A stretch of DNA of 64,000 nucleotides from Amphiscolops sp. MND2022 (lineage: Eukaryota): the NCBI GenBank assembly GCA_964187785.1, contig OZ076409.1, positions 90,150,001 through 90,214,000 of the forward strand. Reading direction: 5' to 3'. The position numbers and the translations under genes were made by a program. Positions 61,101 through 64,000 of this stretch are shown here, in pieces; the stretch's first letter is position 1, and every line of letters starts with the position of its first letter. The notes under the pieces were generated by a model, which had not been told where the DNA came from, ran no database searches, and saw nothing but the letters and a program-made list of their open reading frames with translations.

Positions 61101-62532
61101 ATTATTGTAACCTCAAACTGTCTACATTTTTTTCAGTACAATTTTTCATACGATACTGAATAATTCAGATATTTTGTTCGGCAGTGACTGTAAGCGTGGG
61201 AATTAAGTTTCTCAAGCTGCCGACGACAATTCAATTCTAGTGCGATGGAACAAGCGAGTGGTAATTATCCATTCGTATGCTGACGTCAGAGATGAAGCGA
61301 GCGAATGTTTGTAATTGTGCTTTCGTTGCCCCGAGTTATTGAGATGAAGCGAATGAGTGTTAATTATTCGTTCATTGAGAGCTTCGCCTGCATTCAAATG
61401 CGATTGCGAAACTTCGTCTACGCCTAGTAGTTATATTTTCTTTAGTCCGAGAAGAATTAAAGGCGGTGTAAACTTGTACAGTGATTAATTGTGCGCTAAA
61501 TAATGATGAAACAAGAGTGTATTGGTATTCCAGATATGATTCTATTATTGATGAAAGATTAAAGCAGAAATAGTACTGAGCCCCGGAGGGGCCTATATTA
61601 AGTTATAGTTACAACTACATATGCGAGAAGTACATGTGGAAAAGATGCTTTTTGAGATTTTTGGGAATTTAAATGGTCTGTTTCTAGTTTACTTCAAAAT
61701 TGACAATGTTTTTGCTTTAGACTCAAACTACCTCTTGGAAATATACCGTGTCACAATTGGAGGATCCACAATTGCTGTGAATCCTCAAATGACTGAAATA
61801 TCGGCAAATAGCGAGATCAACTCACCTTGTGTCAGTGATTTATGCAACATAAACACCCGTCCTCTGTATAAATACACAATCGATGTTTCTACCAGTTGCT
61901 GCCCGAAGAATACTGCAAATAGTATTGAGGTTCTTTTATTGATTTGGTTTTTAAATTTATTTCGTGCTTTTAAACGTCATCTAAGTGATTTTTCAGGTTG
62001 AGTATTACATCTACGAAACTCCAACAAACGATTCGAATGTGTTTGTTGAAGTCTATCTGCGACTAGTGACACCCGATGTTCCTCTTTACGTGGCTGGAAG
62101 ATACTTCGAAACCTTTCCTGTCAACCCTGGTCTCTCCATTTCAAAAATAGCCTCAGTGAGTGATATATCTTAAAAATTATCTTATTTTTTCAAGTTGATT
62201 TTTGCCAAACTTTAACTCGAAATGTGATGCGAAAAGCAACTGACTGGCAATTTGAAAATTTTATGCTTTTTCATTGTTTTTTTTTAATCAAACAAATTTT
62301 ATCTTGTTCTTACTCTTCCTTGTTTCTCGAAAGGTATTATTTTGAATATTCATTGACACCTTGTCACTTGATCTGAACATAATTTCATGATGATACGAGT
62401 TTGGCGGTTGTCTCATTAGGTCGCAACCGAGGATATCTCACCTCAAGTGTTCGGAATTCAAGTTGTTGTCACTAACCAGTCACCCCTGAACATCTACAAT
62501 GCAACCGTTTCTGACGATGTCAACAGTTTGAT
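58184..62532 (+). CDS. Multi-exon secreted or cell-surface protein, unrecognised, probably continuing past the window (exons ~58184-58388, 58960-~59406, ~61721-61929, 61997-62156, 62420-62532)
   Basis: Signal peptide MFFALYLAVCALGGIEA; S/T/V-rich beta-type sequence with paired Cys; GTGAGT donors at 58389, 62157 and 62533; TTCAG/TTAG acceptors. Exon 2/3 boundaries approximate. Confidence 0.6.
59831..61596 (+). mobile_element. Helentron-type array: family A (59831-60334), family B (60336-60900) and family B (61076-61596)
   Basis: SubTIRs AGTCGGCGC/GCGCCGACT with a GCCG-TTCC-CGGC hairpin (A); TTCTG(C/T)TTTA/TAAAGCAGAA with a GCCCC-GGA-GGGGC hairpin (B); T-rich flanks. Confidence 0.7.
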
Positions 62533-62540
62533 GTGAGTAT

Positions 62541-64000
62541 TTTTAGTCGGCGCTTTTATTAATAAAAGAGCCCGACTATTACAGTCACTCGTTTTTTTTA
62601 TTTAAGACAGACTAGAAGCGACGAACGTTAACGTTCAGTATCTTCAACTAAAGCAAACTAAACGAATACCGCGGAAACGCATCTAAGTTATTCCAAAGGG
62701 TCCCCCTTTGGTTTTTTACTTTTTCAATGAAACCCACAAAACCGGACGTGCCTAAAGGGTCCCCCCTTTGGATTTTTTTCGGCACTGTGCGACTTTTTTT
62801 TCGAAAATTTTTTAATGTCCACAAAGGGTCCCCCTTCGAGGTTTTTGATATTTTGCAACGGAATGTATGTTAATAAATCCAGAAGGGTCCCCCTTTTACA
62901 TTTTTCGGCACTATGCGACATTTTTCGATGTTTTTGCGCTTTTTGAGCCTTAGATATGGCGCCGACTTTAGACGTTCTCATCTTGTTGTCTTGTCATCCG
63001 TCTTTCCTCTTGTTTTCTCTCTTCTGTAAATCTTCATGAGTCTTTCGTTTAATTTGGACTTTCGTGAGCCCAGAAACTTCAAAAAAAATCGAAAATTTTC
63101 TGGAAATTTTTTTGGGTACTGTAGAGGAGAGTACTTGACACTTTGAAGTCCTTTTGCTATTTTTGAGCCTTAGATATGGCGCCGACTTGGGCCGTTCCCG
63201 GCTTGTTTTATTACTTCTGTTTTAGCAGGAAAATTATTGAAATCTCAAAATGTCTACTTTTTTCAGTACAATTCTTGGCACGATACTGAATATTCAGATA
63301 TTTTGTTCGGCAATGACTATAAGCGTAAGAATTAAATTTCTCAAGCTGCCGACGTCAATTCAATTCGCGATAGAACGAGCGAGTGGTAATAATGCATTCG
63401 TAAGCTGACGTCATTGAGATGAAGCGAGCGAATGTTCGTAATTGTGCTTTCGTTGCGCCGAGTTATTGCGATGAAGCGAATGAGTGTTAATTATACTTTC
63501 GCGGAGAGCTTCGCCTGCATTCAAATATATATTTGCTTTAGTCCGAGATTTACTACTATTACTACTAAAAGACTGAATTGATTCTAGAAAGAAATACTTG
63601 ATATTTACATGTACAGATTTTTTTAACAAGAGATTTAAAGGCGGTATAAACTGGTACAGTGCTTAATTGTGCGCTAAATAATGATTAAAAAGGAGTGTAT
63701 TGGTATTCAGATATGATTCTATTATTAATGAAAGATTAAAGCAGAAATAGTAGTGTGCCCCGGAGGGGCCTATTTTCAGATCAAATTTAATGAATTTCTA
63801 CATTTTTTTGTCCCTTCACCTGGCCTAGTACTCAGTGTGTGCTTCAGAAAGGGGTCGCCGGTTAAATTCCCGTGTTTCAACTTCCCGTGTGTTGGCAAAA
63901 CTAGGCGACACCCAATTTTTTTTGTTTTTGAAGCTGTTACGCGGTATTATATTGTTTCTGCTTTAGCAGGAATATTATTGTAACCTCAAACTGTCTACAT
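62541..64000 (+). mobile_element. Helentron-type array: family A (62541-62987), family A 3' end plus family B (63070-63773), and the start of another family B copy
   Basis: Same termini as above; 63070-64000 is a near-identical copy of 60196-61127. Confidence 0.7.

Noticed and set aside
1..64000. Species assignment (repeat style reminiscent of acoel flatworm genomes)
   Set aside because: An impression only; it cannot be established without a BLAST of Rab23 or SLC35C2.

Overview
Repeat-rich metazoan (probably invertebrate) nuclear DNA with spliceosomal introns and one 200-N scaffold gap (32350-32549). From left to right: a decayed Ty3/Gypsy pol (1-2700); MITE/HINE clusters and a decayed LINE (3-9.9 kb); a complete Ty1/Copia element (9946-21120; 233-bp LTRs, GAATA TSD, half-tRNA-iMet PBS) carrying a three-ORF LINE flanked by a ~670-bp duplication; and an intronless SLC35C2-like gene. 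The centrepiece is a full-length 16.4-kb Polinton/Maverick (adintovirus-like) provirus at 25882-42302 with AGTAGT..ACTACT TIRs and a GTTAGC TSD. It encodes a protease, minor and major capsid proteins, integrase, pPolB and TWO A32-type packaging ATPases, and is interrupted by an inverted Penelope pair bearing a variant hammerhead ribozyme. To the right lie a 7-exon Rab23 gene, the 5' part of a multi-exon secreted-protein gene and two Helentron-type non-autonomous repeat families. The most striking unexplained signals are in the provirus: all 12 predicted gene starts carry a poxvirus-late-like TAAAT (9 as TAAATG), several gene ends carry hairpins, and the second ATPase has a reconstructable N-terminal membrane anchor. 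All calls come from reading motifs by eye; no database searches were run.
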